From NCBI GenBank assembly GCA_965140415.1, contig OZ223209.1:4231928-4295927 (forward strand): 64,000 bases of DNA, written 5' to 3'. The translations under genes and the position numbers were made by a program. Origin of the DNA: Myxococcota bacterium (lineage in GTDB: Bacteria > Myxococcota_A > SURF-8). The notes under the pieces are model-generated. The model was not told the DNA's origin. It saw only the letters and a list, made by a program, of their open reading frames with translations, and searched no databases. Each line of letters begins with the position of its first letter. The stretch's first letter is position 1. This document shows, piece after piece, positions 48,911 to 59,439 of this stretch.

Positions 48911-50644
48911 TTAAAAGAGGTGCTCGAAACGATGTTCGTTGCCTCCTTCAGTAGATACAACCAATAGCTCCTCGCGCTTATTCCCGAAGTTGAACAAAAG
49001 ATGCGAGGTTTCGCCGTTTTTGTCTTTCATTAAGTGTAACTGACTGGCATCACCCTTGAATTCGGCCTGCTCTTCCGTCAGATCGCCAGACAGTGACAAG
49101 GTATGATAAGTCTGCTCGTCCTCATCCGAATCGTAATCGCCCAGCAGATACAACGTTGCCGAGTGGTCATCGACCACGTAATCTTCAAAGTATTCGGTAA
49201 GTTGCAGCACATTGGCGTTCAAGTCGGATTTCATCAGTTCGCCAAGATCCACCGTCGTCAAGTCGCGACCACCCAGATTCAGCGCGATCACCAAAGGCGA
49301 GTCGCCGTCTACAAAGGCGAAATCATTGGGAATAAAGCCCAGATCGGCCTGCTGCACGTTCTTTTCGCCGAAGACATCCAAGTCGGCCAGCGTTACCAGC
49401 ATCAGGCTGCTATCGCCGTATAGGGCAACGATTTCCGTGTCGTCGATTTCCATCGGTCGAATCAGGCTGGCTCCATCCGGCAGCGCCAGTGTTTGAATGT
49501 TAGCGCTGCTCAACTGCACGCTGGCTGCCAGATCATCTCCGGAAACTGCGAAAACATAGAGCTCGTCATGATCCAGGTACGGGTGCATGTCGGTTAGAAC
49601 AAAGGGCAGACCCAACTTGTTGATGTTGTATTCCAGGGCTTCTTCCGTTTTATTCCAATGCATCGAAATGCTGATCAGGTCGCGGCTACTGCTCAAGCGC
49701 ACAAACAGCGTTTCCCGATCGTCTATGCCGTCTGTAGCGAAATCTTCCAGATTCGCCGAACTCGCCAGGCTCACCGGGTTCAAGTTCTCGCTTTCATTGA
49801 CGGATAAGGGAATGACATCCGCCTGGGCATCCGCGCCCGCTTCCGGATCGAGTAACCACATACGCGAAGAACCGAAGGCCACAAGCCGCTCGATCGTCGC
49901 CGCATCGGAATCGTTGCAGCTATCGCCGCTCTGACAGATCGCGAATGGACCGGTGAAATGGATGGAACGAATGGTCTGATCGTTTTTCTTCAGCGAAGCA
50001 AAGGCATGTTCGCCGCTTTCCCGATCCAATAGCAGAATCGCGTTGGGATTGGATACGACCGACTGCTGCGATTTGAAGCCATAGTAATGCGCGTTGATGT
50101 TGATGGTCGCGGTCGGCGAGCCATACTGCCAGGGCTTATAGGTGTTGGTATAGGCATAGTCCGAGCCGTAGTATTCATTATAGTAATAGTCGTCGTAGTA
50201 GTAATCGCTCTGCCATTCGCCGGAACCTTGATAGGCGGCCATCCAGCGCCCGTCTGCGGAAAAGGCGAAGCTGTTGAATTCAAGGGGCAGTTGCGGAATG
50301 GTCCACTCGATGCGCCCGGTATCGTCGCTGAGGATGTAGTAGGTTTGTGTGTCTTCAGACACGAAAATAAGGTGGCTGTTGTCGATGAAACTCGCCACGA
50401 AACGCCAGCTCGGATTGTCTTCATCCGTTTCGGTCGACAACTCGAATCGAGCAACATTGTTCTTCTGCACATCGACAACCACGACTTTTCCACTTAGCTG
50501 ATCCAGGTAAAAGGCGTGTTGATCAAGCACGATTGGACCAACCCAGTCGCTGTCCGAACTCGGGCAGGCGGTGAGCAATGGAATCAAGGCTGCAAGCGTC
50601 AGTATCATCAAAATGCGGGAAATCCAGGTTTTCCGGCTTGTCAT
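48911..50644 (-). CDS. Lipoprotein, beta-propeller-like, function unknown
   Basis: Signal peptide with LTAC lipobox. AAGGAG ribosome-binding site. Periodic beta-strand-like composition. Acidic Tyr-rich insertion (DYYYDDYYYNEYYGSDY). Confidence 0.55.
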   Translation of the reverse strand: MTSRKTWISRILMILTLAALIPLLTACPSSDSDWVGPIVLDQHAFYLDQLSGKVVVVDVQKNNVARFELSTETDEDNPSWRFVASFIDNSHLIFVSEDTQTYYILSDDTGRIEWTIPQLPLEFNSFAFSADGRWMAAYQGSGEWQSDYYYDDYYYNEYYGSDYAYTNTYKPWQYGSPTATININAHYYGFKSQQSVVSNPNAILLLDRESGEHAFASLKKNDQTIRSIHFTGPFAICQSGDSCNDSDAATIERLVAFGSSRMWLLDPEAGADAQADVIPLSVNESENLNPVSLASSANLEDFATDGIDDRETLFVRLSSSRDLISISMHWNKTEEALEYNINKLGLPFVLTDMHPYLDHDELYVFAVSGDDLAASVQLSSANIQTLALPDGASLIRPMEIDDTEIVALYGDSSLMLVTLADLDVFGEKNVQQADLGFIPNDFAFVDGDSPLVIALNLGGRDLTTVDLGELMKSDLNANVLQLTEYFEDYVVDDHSATLYLLGDYDSDEDEQTYHTLSLSGDLTEEQAEFKGDASQLHLMKDKNGETSHLLFNFGNKREELLVVSTEGGNEHRFEHLF

Positions 50645-50656
50645 TATTGGCTCCTT

Positions 50657-52312
50657 CTAGTCGATCCGACCGTTAAGTTCAAACCCGGTGATGGTGCTGG
50701 GGCTGTCATCGTCTGCGCTTAAAAACGTGATGCGTCCATCCGGGTGATCTTGAGACACGTACACCATACCCGTAGCAGGAATCACACCCAAGCCGGTTGG
50801 CGTGGAGCCGAGCGACAACTCGCTGATTAGCGTTCCGCTGGGAGGAGTCAGATCCAGAATATTGATTTTACGCACCTGTGCTTCATCGGTGACCAGCACG
50901 TAGCCCTTCTTCCCGTCAGGGGTGAAGGTAAAAGCCCCCGGATCGGCTTCGGTAAGTTGCAGTACCTGCACCAGGCTGCTTAAATGCAGCACCGTGTAGC
51001 CGTAGGATTGATCGATCAGTTCGTAATAATCGTTGCTGCCGCTACCCGCCTTTTTGGTATGGAAAATCAGCGCGACCTGCTCTCCGTCCGTCTGACGGGT
51101 GGCGAAAGTCACCGAGGCCACGCCTTTTTGTAGAATATGCTTGGTAAAGACGTTTCCAGTCATATCGTAGCTGTAAATCTCTTCTTTTTCCGTGCCGGTG
51201 CTGTAAAGCAGCAGGGTTTCGCCATCAGCGGAAACGCTTAGCAGACCGCTGTGCTCGGGCAGATCCAACCAGGTGATGCTGGTTTCATCTGCAAATCCGC
51301 CCGGAATGGGAATGCGTGCGACCTGACCTTCCGAACGCAAGGTCACCAAGGCTTCGGAGCCATCGGGCAGTAAATCCAGATCGGTGGGGGCACTGGGAAG
51401 CGTGAGCACCTGCCGCTCGTGCGTTGCCAGATTGACGGCGGTCAGCGTCGCCTGATCGAAGCGACGTACCAAGGCGTAGGCGCCATCCGCCGTGATTTTC
51501 ACCTCGCGGTCCACCGGATCGCCCTGCACGTCTTCAAGCTGGATATTGGGTGTGACGGCGACTTCGGCGCTATCGGAGAAATCCAGCATCGTGATACCGG
51601 CATCGGTCACGACGTAAGCCCGTTGGCCGTCCGGGCTCCAATGCACCATGACCGGGTTCAAGCCTACCGTAAAATGAGAAATGGGGTCGTCCAGTTCGCT
51701 CAGATTCTCCGCATCGCTCAAGTCCACTACGCCGATATCCTGCAAACTGCCCAGGCCGTCCACGCTTAAATTCGCCGTAGTGCTGTTGAAGTAGACGATG
51801 GCCCGGTTGCCGCTTGGGGCGGGTGAAATGCTGTTGTAGCCGGTCTGGTGGCGACGATCCAAGGGCCAACTGACGGCTTCGGCGGCGTTTTGCGTAACCA
51901 GCGCCAGCTTATCGGTGCCTTTGTCGATGACCAGGGCGACATCCTGCCCCGGCAGCGTGGCGACGACCGCAGGCTGCTGGCCGACCTGAATCGAGCGAAT
52001 GGCGCGGGTTTCACCGTGAATCATCACCAGCGTACCCGCTTCCCGGTTCAGGATGTAAAGGTAATCCTTGCCGATCACCGGCAGGCTCATGGTCTCTTCG
52101 TCTTCCATTTCGGGAGAGTTCGGGTCGATGTAGTCCCCGTCGGTAGCGTCGCCATCGACCCAATACGCATCACCATCCGTCATCATATCGTTGGAGGCAC
52201 TGTCGGATTCGCCCGCCATGCCGCTACAGGCTGTCACTAACAGCAGGCTCAGTCCCAATAGGAACAGAGCGGCTTGATTGGCCCGCAATGGTTGAATTTT
52301 CCATACCCTCAT
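50657..52312 (-). CDS. Lipoprotein, beta-propeller-like (YVTN/NHL-like repeats), function unknown
   Basis: Start trimmed to ATG 52312, which has an AGGAGA ribosome-binding site. Signal peptide with LVTAC lipobox. Acidic DGD tract after the lipobox. Confidence 0.55.
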   Translation of the reverse strand: MRVWKIQPLRANQAALFLLGLSLLLVTACSGMAGESDSASNDMMTDGDAYWVDGDATDGDYIDPNSPEMEDEETMSLPVIGKDYLYILNREAGTLVMIHGETRAIRSIQVGQQPAVVATLPGQDVALVIDKGTDKLALVTQNAAEAVSWPLDRRHQTGYNSISPAPSGNRAIVYFNSTTANLSVDGLGSLQDIGVVDLSDAENLSELDDPISHFTVGLNPVMVHWSPDGQRAYVVTDAGITMLDFSDSAEVAVTPNIQLEDVQGDPVDREVKITADGAYALVRRFDQATLTAVNLATHERQVLTLPSAPTDLDLLPDGSEALVTLRSEGQVARIPIPGGFADETSITWLDLPEHSGLLSVSADGETLLLYSTGTEKEEIYSYDMTGNVFTKHILQKGVASVTFATRQTDGEQVALIFHTKKAGSGSNDYYELIDQSYGYTVLHLSSLVQVLQLTEADPGAFTFTPDGKKGYVLVTDEAQVRKINILDLTPPSGTLISELSLGSTPTGLGVIPATGMVYVSQDHPDGRITFLSADDDSPSTITGFELNGRID

Positions 52313-52528
52313 CGTTTGTCTCCTGTTCGTAATCATACGATTGCCCCCCAATCTAGCAAAACTTGGGCCAGACTGCATTTTATTCTGATAACGCCAATTA
52401 TATCATACAGATGCGCATGATGCGAAGTGGAATACTACAGACAGAGAAAGGAGACTGTCAGCCTGGATTGTCATACTTGCCACAGAGGGTATGACAACAT
52501 TGTCCGAATTGGAGGTAAAAACGGGAAA

Positions 52529-52822
52529 TCAGGCGAGAATATCCAGTAGCGCTTCGGTCTGTTCGTCTTCCTGCTTGATCACGGCCAGATTGGCATTAAA
52601 GCCGTGCTCCACTTCGATCAGGTTGACGACTTCGCGCGAAAGGTCTACGCGATCCACACTTTGTTGGGTGGCTCGCACACCGCCATCGGGTAATTCGCTC
52701 ATGCTGACTTGCTGGGAGGAAGCGTCGGGGTTGTTTAGATTGGCCAGATTGTGCGCGGTCGCGCGTAGTTTCTGTCCGAAAGCCTGCAATGCACTGGATG
52801 CAATCCCTTGAATGCGTGACAT
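52529..52822 (-). CDS. Small protein with flagellar basal-body rod N- and C-terminal motifs (FlgB/FlgC-like minimal rod protein)
   Basis: N-terminus LRATAHNLANLNNPDA matches the rod N-motif. C-terminus VDLSREVVNLIEVEHGFNANLAVIKQEDEQTEALLDI matches the Flg_bbr_C signature. Confidence 0.5.
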   Translation of the reverse strand: MSRIQGIASSALQAFGQKLRATAHNLANLNNPDASSQQVSMSELPDGGVRATQQSVDRVDLSREVVNLIEVEHGFNANLAVIKQEDEQTEALLDILA

Positions 52823-53100
52823 GGACTTTCGCCTCTATTTGCTTGTGGCGGCCACACCGTCACCCTACCTCCTTCAGTATGCCAGATTGCCGAAGGACAT
52901 GCAAGGGCGAGTGCAGGGGGAAGGGATCAGTCAACTAACCTATGTCATCGCAATTTTCCCAGGATCATTGTAATTTAACACTCTATCTTCAAAGACATTG
53001 CGGATAGGGTTGCTCTTGTGGTATTACGATATACAGTTACGTGCTACTACGTCGGGCCGATGGCAATGATATCAGAATTGGAAACACAGGAGAAATCAAC

Positions 53101-53709
53101 ATGAATCACAGCTTTTCGAAGAACGAAGACTGGACACGTTGCATCACGTTCCACGGTCATGAGTGTCCGGGGCTGGCCATCGGTTTCAAGGCGGCGCAGG
53201 CAGGTCTGGCATGGATCGAATCCACCCATGCCGAGGATGAAGAAGTTGTAACGATTGTCGAGAACGACGCCTGCGGCGTGGACGCCGTACAGGTTTTGAC
53301 CGGTTGCACATTTGGTAAAGGTAACTTGGTCCACAAGGATTACGGTAAGCAGGCCTTCACCTTTTTCAATCGGGACACGGGCCGGGCCGTTCGCTATTCT
53401 CTAAAGTCCGGCGTCATTCCGCAGGATGCCCGCTATCGCGAATTGATGATGAAAAAACGCGACGGTAACGCCACGCCGGAAGAAGCAGAGGAGATGGGCC
53501 AGCGACGAAATGCGCTCATGCAGGCCATACTGGAAAAACCGCTGGTGGAACTGTTTGTGGAATCCGGTCCTCAAGTGGAATTGCCGGAGAAGGCGCGCGT
53601 GCAACGCTCGGAACTCTGCGCCGACTGTGGCGAGCCGACCATGCCGTTAAAGATGATTGAACGGAACGGAAAAATGCTCTGCCGGGGCTGTGCGGGAGAA
53701 AATGGATGA
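53101..53709 (+). CDS. FmdE-family protein (formylmethanofuran dehydrogenase subunit E-like) with a C-terminal zinc ribbon
   Basis: FHGHECPGLAIGFKAA motif. C-terminal CADCGEP...CRGC. Start trimmed to ATG 53101, which has an AGGAGA ribosome-binding site. Confidence 0.65.
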   Translation: MNHSFSKNEDWTRCITFHGHECPGLAIGFKAAQAGLAWIESTHAEDEEVVTIVENDACGVDAVQVLTGCTFGKGNLVHKDYGKQAFTFFNRDTGRAVRYSLKSGVIPQDARYRELMMKKRDGNATPEEAEEMGQRRNALMQAILEKPLVELFVESGPQVELPEKARVQRSELCADCGEPTMPLKMIERNGKMLCRGCAGENG

Positions 53710-54305
53710 TTGTTCCCCTCGATCTATATGTGCTGGTGCAGAAGCTTGGGCGCTGCACGCCGTCACTGGTATTGGGCTGGCGAGTGGGTCATTACCTGCG
53801 GGAGATGTTCGAGGGCTTGGCCGAGTTGCGCCTGGCGGTCTGTGCGCGAGGAGACTTCTTAGAGGGGCTGCGTTTGACCCGCACGGAAAACGCCTTTCCG
53901 CTGGATCTCGTCGAAACCGACGAAAACGAAGGCTGGCATGCCTGCGCCTGGCACCCCGGAACCGGCACGTTGATAGAATTCACTTTCAGCGCCGAGCATG
54001 TGGCGATGGACGTCAAAGGGGCAGAATCCAGACAGGACGCCGAACGGCACAATTTCTATGGACTGGCAGCCTACGGGTCAGCTTTGGATCGTCAAATCGC
54101 CCGCTTGATGGAAGAACCTCTGGAATCGCTATGTAAAATCCGCGAACGCCTGGTAATGAAAAGCCGCTCGGTAGCGGATGCGTCTCCGGTACGTTGTAGA
54201 AGTTGCGGCAAGCTGACTGCCGTTGAAAACCTGTGGCACGCCGATGGAATTCCGGCCTGTTCCACATGCGCCGGGGTGCATCCGAAATGGATTGAATTGA
54301 ATTGA
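53706..54305 (+). CDS. FmdE-family paralog (divergent) with a C-terminal zinc ribbon
   Basis: Its start ATG overlaps the upstream stop (ATGA), indicating translational coupling. C-terminal zinc ribbon CRSCGK...CSTC. Core motif GWRVGHY is degenerate. Confidence 0.5.
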   Translation: MIVPLDLYVLVQKLGRCTPSLVLGWRVGHYLREMFEGLAELRLAVCARGDFLEGLRLTRTENAFPLDLVETDENEGWHACAWHPGTGTLIEFTFSAEHVAMDVKGAESRQDAERHNFYGLAAYGSALDRQIARLMEEPLESLCKIRERLVMKSRSVADASPVRCRSCGKLTAVENLWHADGIPACSTCAGVHPKWIELN

Positions 54306-54346
54306 AAAAAGCAAGCTGACCGGTTACTGCGGCTATTGCATGTTAG

Positions 54347-55033
54347 TCAACTCCAGCTTTGCAGGACATCCTCGAAAGACTTCTGCTGAATCCCCCCCGC
54401 ACCGCCTTCGATATGCAAGGCTTTGCCGCATACGAGACGCGCGAAATCGATATCGTGAGTGGCGATCAGCATCGACGCCTCTAGCTTCTGCAACAGCTCG
54501 GCCAGCTTTCGTTTGCCAGGCGGGTCCAGCCCGGCAGTCGGTTCGTCCAGCAGCAACAGTTCCGGCTTCGTTACCAAGATACCGGCCAGCGCCACTCGCA
54601 GTTTCTGCCCGTGGGAAAGCTCGTAAACCGGTCGCTCGGCCAGTTGCTCGATCCCCATGCCCGCAAGGGATGCACGGGCGCGCTCCAACGCCTCGGACTT
54701 TGGAACTTTACGTTGCCTGAGTGAAAAGGCGACGTCATCGATTACGCGAGGAAATAAAAGCTGGTCTTCCGGAACGTTGAACAGGAAACCGACTTTGCCC
54801 CGAACCTGTGCCAGCGAATTCGATGCGACCTGTAGTCCGTCTACCGTGATTTCGCCTTTGTAGGCGAGCAGCCCTACAATCGATTTCAATAATGTGGTTT
54901 TGCCCGAACCGTTCAAACCCAAAAGCGCCACCTTTTCACCCGCTTCAATGCCGAAGCTCAGATTTTCGATGACCGCTCGCTCCGCTCCGGGGTAGGCGAT
55001 GCTTACTTGCCTGCATTCCAATCTCATGCTCAA
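54347..55033 (-). CDS. ECF/ABC transporter ATP-binding protein (CbiO/EcfA-like)
   Basis: Walker A GLNGSGKTT. ABC signature LSHGQKLRVALA. Walker B LLLLDEP. Confidence 0.8.
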   Translation of the reverse strand: MSMRLECRQVSIAYPGAERAVIENLSFGIEAGEKVALLGLNGSGKTTLLKSIVGLLAYKGEITVDGLQVASNSLAQVRGKVGFLFNVPEDQLLFPRVIDDVAFSLRQRKVPKSEALERARASLAGMGIEQLAERPVYELSHGQKLRVALAGILVTKPELLLLDEPTAGLDPPGKRKLAELLQKLEASMLIATHDIDFARLVCGKALHIEGGAGGIQQKSFEDVLQSWS

Positions 55034-55791
55034 CTCCCTGCGACTCGTACGAGGATGGCGACCAGAAAAGCGCCTATCCCGAATGTGATGGCCAGGGGCT
55101 GTGCAGGATGAGCCGCCCTGTCCCGGGTAATGTCCGTGTTCAGTTCGTAATCGCGTATTTCCATTGCATCTCCAACACGCTCGGCTCGGTACAGCACGCG
55201 CGGCAGCCAGACTCTCGGCAGCGCAGTAGCCAGCACAATCACCGAGCGCCAGCCCATCGACGCGCCACGCACTCGAATAGCCTGAGAAATGGCGCGCGTT
55301 TCCTCGGCCAGAGCATGGGCTTGATGGACGATTTGCAGCAGCAGTTCCGCCAGCGGTTTTGGAATTCGCAAGCGGACCAAAGCAATTTCAAACTCGTGAA
55401 GCCCAAGCGTGGAAGCCGTCCAGGCGCTGATCAATAATGCTGCGATTCCCTTGATTCCGATACGCCAGGCGACGGCCCAGGGCATGGGTATCAACAGATC
55501 GACGCCTGCTGCGGTTGGCGTTTGCACCCACGGCGTCAATAAGAAGAAAGGACCGAACAAGGTAAAGGCAAAAAGCAGCAGCGGACCGATTAGCAGACTC
55601 GGAGGTTTGACGGAAACAAACCATATCGACGTAATTGCCAGAATGAACACAAAACCGGTTGCCGTTGCGGGATCGCTGGCCAGAACCGAAGCGAACAAAA
55701 GCCCTCCGGTCAACAGGCGCGTAGCGGGACCGAGAACCTTGACAGGCCCTGCGGCGCTTCCCCACACCTCGACGAAACGGTTACAGCTCAT
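55030..55791 (-). CDS. ECF transporter transmembrane (T) component (CbiQ/EcfT-like)
   Basis: Polytopic membrane protein with the conserved AIRVRGAS coupling motif. Its stop overlaps the start of the ATPase gene. Confidence 0.7.
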   Translation of the reverse strand: MSCNRFVEVWGSAAGPVKVLGPATRLLTGGLLFASVLASDPATATGFVFILAITSIWFVSVKPPSLLIGPLLLFAFTLFGPFFLLTPWVQTPTAAGVDLLIPMPWAVAWRIGIKGIAALLISAWTASTLGLHEFEIALVRLRIPKPLAELLLQIVHQAHALAEETRAISQAIRVRGASMGWRSVIVLATALPRVWLPRVLYRAERVGDAMEIRDYELNTDITRDRAAHPAQPLAITFGIGAFLVAILVRVAGS

Positions 55792-55794
55792 CGG

Positions 55795-56412
55795 CTAGTT
55801 CATTTCCTTCTCTGCGCTGATTAGATACTCATTGTCGGAATCGACGATTTCCTCAATATCAAAGCCTATCTGGCGAACGAGTTCGGCAAGCTCGGAAGCA
55901 GGAACCAAGACGTCTTTCTGCACGGCTTCACCGGCGTTGGCATGAACGTGATTGATGGTCTGGCGAGAATCGATATGCCAGATATGAAGAACGCCGCCAG
56001 GCTTTAGAATGCGCTTGATCTCTTGCAGGGCCACCTTCGGATCGGCAACGTGGGGCCACATCGAGAAGCAGAACACCCGATCCAGGAGACCGTCTTCAAA
56101 CGGCAAACTACTGACATCGGCAACAAGAAAATCCGCCCTTGAATCCGGGTTCTTCTCGCGGGCCAGTTCCACCATGCGCGGGCTGACATCGATGGCGGTT
56201 ACACGTCCCGAGTCATCCAGAACCTCCAGCAGTTTTCGAGTCAGGTTTCCGGTGCCGCATCCCACATCGAGAACGGTTTCCTGCTTTCTCACATCGAAAT
56301 GCAGCAGGCCATCCATGATGCGCCCATTGATGCGCGCCATATCCATCCAGCCATCCCATTGATCGGCGATGGAATCGAAATAATCTCGAAGAGGTGAATC
56401 AGTCATGTTCAT
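55795..56412 (-). CDS. Class I SAM-dependent methyltransferase
   Basis: SAM-binding motif VLDVGCGTGNLT. Start trimmed to ATG 56412 (MNMTDSPL). The longer ORF-track N-terminus overlaps the upstream gene. Confidence 0.65.
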   Translation of the reverse strand: MNMTDSPLRDYFDSIADQWDGWMDMARINGRIMDGLLHFDVRKQETVLDVGCGTGNLTRKLLEVLDDSGRVTAIDVSPRMVELAREKNPDSRADFLVADVSSLPFEDGLLDRVFCFSMWPHVADPKVALQEIKRILKPGGVLHIWHIDSRQTINHVHANAGEAVQKDVLVPASELAELVRQIGFDIEEIVDSDNEYLISAEKEMN

Positions 56413-56414
56413 TC

Positions 56415-56951
56415 TCAATCGTTTGGGTTTGCTTCGCGTTTCGTTCTTGCCATCCGCGCCAGTGGCGGGATGACGATCAGCATCAAAATCAAACCGGGCC
56501 AGCCGCTTATAAACGACACCCCGGCGACGAATACGGCAGGCAGATCGATAATCTGGGAAACGACGTACACCATGGCAACATACAGAATACGCCCGAGTAT
56601 CAGTACCGGTACGAGCGCCAGCCATTCGTTCAAAGTCGGTTTGAAACGATACGCCAGCGCAATCAAGCTGGACATCATGGCCAATTCCACCGCCATGAGA
56701 ACCGCAACCGGCGGATAGAAAGGCGGCATACCCGTTACCGCCCCGGATAAGAGCGGGACGACAAAGGCAGTCAGCGCAGCCGGAGCGGGCGAAACGAAAT
56801 AGCCCAATGCCACCAGCGGCAGGTACATCGGCATGAAAACGTGTCCGAGATGCAAGGCATGAAACAGCACCGGCAACAATAGCCCGGCAGCTCCGAAAAG
56901 CCCGCAGGTTGCCAGTTCACGGCGCGAAAACCATTTGCTGTTTGTACTCAT
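56415..56951 (-). CDS. Small polytopic membrane protein, putative ECF transporter substrate-capture (S) component
   Basis: 178 aa with about 5-6 TM helices. It sits immediately upstream of the T and A components. Confidence 0.5.
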   Translation of the reverse strand: MSTNSKWFSRRELATCGLFGAAGLLLPVLFHALHLGHVFMPMYLPLVALGYFVSPAPAALTAFVVPLLSGAVTGMPPFYPPVAVLMAVELAMMSSLIALAYRFKPTLNEWLALVPVLILGRILYVAMVYVVSQIIDLPAVFVAGVSFISGWPGLILMLIVIPPLARMARTKREANPND

Positions 56952-56952
56952 C

Positions 56953-58923
56953 TCAGATTCTCACTTTCAACCCCACCATGGCATTGATACCCGGCATGGG
57001 ATAGCCCTTGATATATTCATAACGCAGATTCAGGATATTGCGAAGCAATACATACGGCTCCAGTTGAAAAGGTTGCTCGGATGGTTCGTAGCGGTAGCGC
57101 AGCGTCAAATCCATGAAATATACGTCGTCGATCGGCTCCCGTTTATAATTCTCCATATACAAGCCATGCACCCATTCGCCGCTGATGCTTCCCGCAAGCC
57201 AGTGCTCACCAAAGTCGTGAGCCGCTTCAAGCGTGAAATTCAGTTTCGCATCCGGGTTTTGTTTTGTATAGCGCCCGATATCCTGCCAGTTGCCGGTCAC
57301 GAAGATGTTGACCGGTCCCAGCTTTTTCAGCCCAAGGCGGCCCTCCACTCCCCAGATGACGATTTCATCGATGTTGACAACTTCCGCCGTGGGCCACGAT
57401 CCGAAGTATTTTATCATGTTCTCCGCTTGCGTGCGATAGGCGGAGGCGGAGAATTCCACGTGTTTGAAATCGAGCCCGAAACCGACGTCCCAGTTCAGAG
57501 AATACTCCGGCTTCAGATTTGGATTGGCCGTGGGAAACGGAAGATACAACTCTCGCAAGGTCGGTTGACGGAAGTTGCGCGTCACGCGGGAACGCAGGTA
57601 AAGCCCTTTGTAGAATTCCCAGCGGAACCCACCCTTGTAGAGAACAGCGAAACCATACTTCGTGCTATACAACTCCCTCGATCCGATCACGAAACTCAGA
57701 CCATCCAACGGTTTCCAGGTAAGCTGGTTATAAAACGCATAGTTTGCCAAACCTTCCACCGGTTCGTCTTCATTGGTGATGCGATTGGTGACTTCGCCTT
57801 CGATCCAGGTTCCTGAAAAGCCAAGCAGCAGATCAACCGTATCGTGCAGATGGATGTCGAACTCGGTCGAGGCGCCGGCCATGTAATCCTCGGAATAGAA
57901 GCCGTCGTACAGGCGATGCACCCCGACATTGAGATAGGACAGAACCCGAAAATCGAACCACTTGTGTTTATAATCCAAGCGCAGGGACAAATTGTCGCGC
58001 CAGACATTGTACCAATTGCCCGTATTCGGATGTGTCGCCGGTCCAGGATCTTCCCCTTCTAAATGAAGGGCTTTGTTTTTAAGCGTGAGTTTGAGATCGG
58101 GCGTGATGCGCCAGCGAAGCCCAAGCGATCCAACCATGTTGTAGCCGCCGGAATTGTCGCGATGACCATCCGTACGAAAATAATGAAACGCGCTGGCCAG
58201 ATCCCAATCCCCCCAGCGACCGAGAAACGTGGCGGTTTCCTTGATGGTCTGAAAGCTTCCGTAGGCGGCGTCGTTTTCCAGCTCGAATCCTTCTTCATGC
58301 CGCCAGCGGTTTTCGATCAGGATCACACCGCCCAATGCATTGGAGCCATATAGCGTGGAATCGCCACCCTTGACGACCCGCACTTCATCGATCAGAAAGG
58401 GAACATAGGCATCGGGGATCGGATGGCCGAAGATACCCTGCACGTCGGGAACGCCATCCTCGACCACCAATACTTGAGCGTTCGGGCTTCCGCCCAGCCC
58501 TCGGACGTGAATCGCGCCGGATGCGCCATTGGCCACGCCATGCACACCCGCGCCCCGCCCGGATACATAGATATCCGCCGCTTCCTGGCTAAGGGCTTCT
58601 ACCGTACTTGCACGTGCAGAGGCGCGCAGTTTCTCGCCGGAAACGTGGGTGGCATCCGCCGTGTCGTCCTTGCCGGGCTGTTTCGCCCCTTCCACGGTCA
58701 CTTCGGGCAAAACAAACAAATTCTCGCCTTTTTCTCTGGAGTCCGTTTCGAGTTTTTCTTCGCTGTCTTTGTTGTCAGTAATACTTGCAGCGACTTGCTC
58801 GTCCCTCTCCTGTTGGACTTCCATAATGACTTCCGGCTCGTAAGATCCGGAATCCGGGGACAACTCTCCGGCTTCATTACCCCCAGCTTGAATAAACAAC
58901 AAGAATAGCAACTGGATCATCAT
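56953..58923 (-). CDS. TonB-dependent outer-membrane receptor
   Basis: Plug-domain block (VRGLGGSPNAQVLVVEDGVPD) and a long beta-barrel region with aromatic-rich strands. Confidence 0.75.
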   Translation of the reverse strand: MMIQLLFLLFIQAGGNEAGELSPDSGSYEPEVIMEVQQERDEQVAASITDNKDSEEKLETDSREKGENLFVLPEVTVEGAKQPGKDDTADATHVSGEKLRASARASTVEALSQEAADIYVSGRGAGVHGVANGASGAIHVRGLGGSPNAQVLVVEDGVPDVQGIFGHPIPDAYVPFLIDEVRVVKGGDSTLYGSNALGGVILIENRWRHEEGFELENDAAYGSFQTIKETATFLGRWGDWDLASAFHYFRTDGHRDNSGGYNMVGSLGLRWRITPDLKLTLKNKALHLEGEDPGPATHPNTGNWYNVWRDNLSLRLDYKHKWFDFRVLSYLNVGVHRLYDGFYSEDYMAGASTEFDIHLHDTVDLLLGFSGTWIEGEVTNRITNEDEPVEGLANYAFYNQLTWKPLDGLSFVIGSRELYSTKYGFAVLYKGGFRWEFYKGLYLRSRVTRNFRQPTLRELYLPFPTANPNLKPEYSLNWDVGFGLDFKHVEFSASAYRTQAENMIKYFGSWPTAEVVNIDEIVIWGVEGRLGLKKLGPVNIFVTGNWQDIGRYTKQNPDAKLNFTLEAAHDFGEHWLAGSISGEWVHGLYMENYKREPIDDVYFMDLTLRYRYEPSEQPFQLEPYVLLRNILNLRYEYIKGYPMPGINAMVGLKVRI

Positions 58924-58935
58924 GACAGCATCGCT

Positions 58936-59439
58936 TTAATGTCCGTAGGGGCCTGGAACGGAAAAATCCTGTTCCATATCATCCAGAGTCAACTCGAAAA
59001 GATGAAACCCACCCTCGATATCGAAGGTCTGTTTCGTTTGGTAATTGAACCACATCGGTTCTTCGTTGATAAGGCCGGAGTCCATCGGATCGTCTTCGGG
59101 GCGATCCTCTTCGTTGCAGAAGCAGAGTCCGTCAATGGTGGCGTCATCCACCTGCTCTTCACAATACGTCTTTGGATCGAATTTTTGAAAGTGGATACGA
59201 TCGGAGCCGGGAAGGCAACGACCGGGACTGGTGGAGTCCTCGTAGGCCAGCATATCTTCCCACTTACAACCGTTCATACTGACATTGCGGATCAGGATAT
59301 GCTCGTCGATGGTGTTGGTCACCACGACTTCGGGGTACATCTCCTCACAACCCGCAGCAAATGCAAACGAGGCGAGAAGCAACAGAAACAACATTCGATG
59401 TACGAATGCCAGCGGGGAGATCACAGATTGTACGTGCAT
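58936..59439 (-). CDS. Small Cys-containing lipoprotein, function unknown
   Basis: Signal peptide with AAGC lipobox. Eight Cys residues and an acidic composition. Confidence 0.5.
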   Translation of the reverse strand: MHVQSVISPLAFVHRMLFLLLLASFAFAAGCEEMYPEVVVTNTIDEHILIRNVSMNGCKWEDMLAYEDSTSPGRCLPGSDRIHFQKFDPKTYCEEQVDDATIDGLCFCNEEDRPEDDPMDSGLINEEPMWFNYQTKQTFDIEGGFHLFELTLDDMEQDFSVPGPYGH

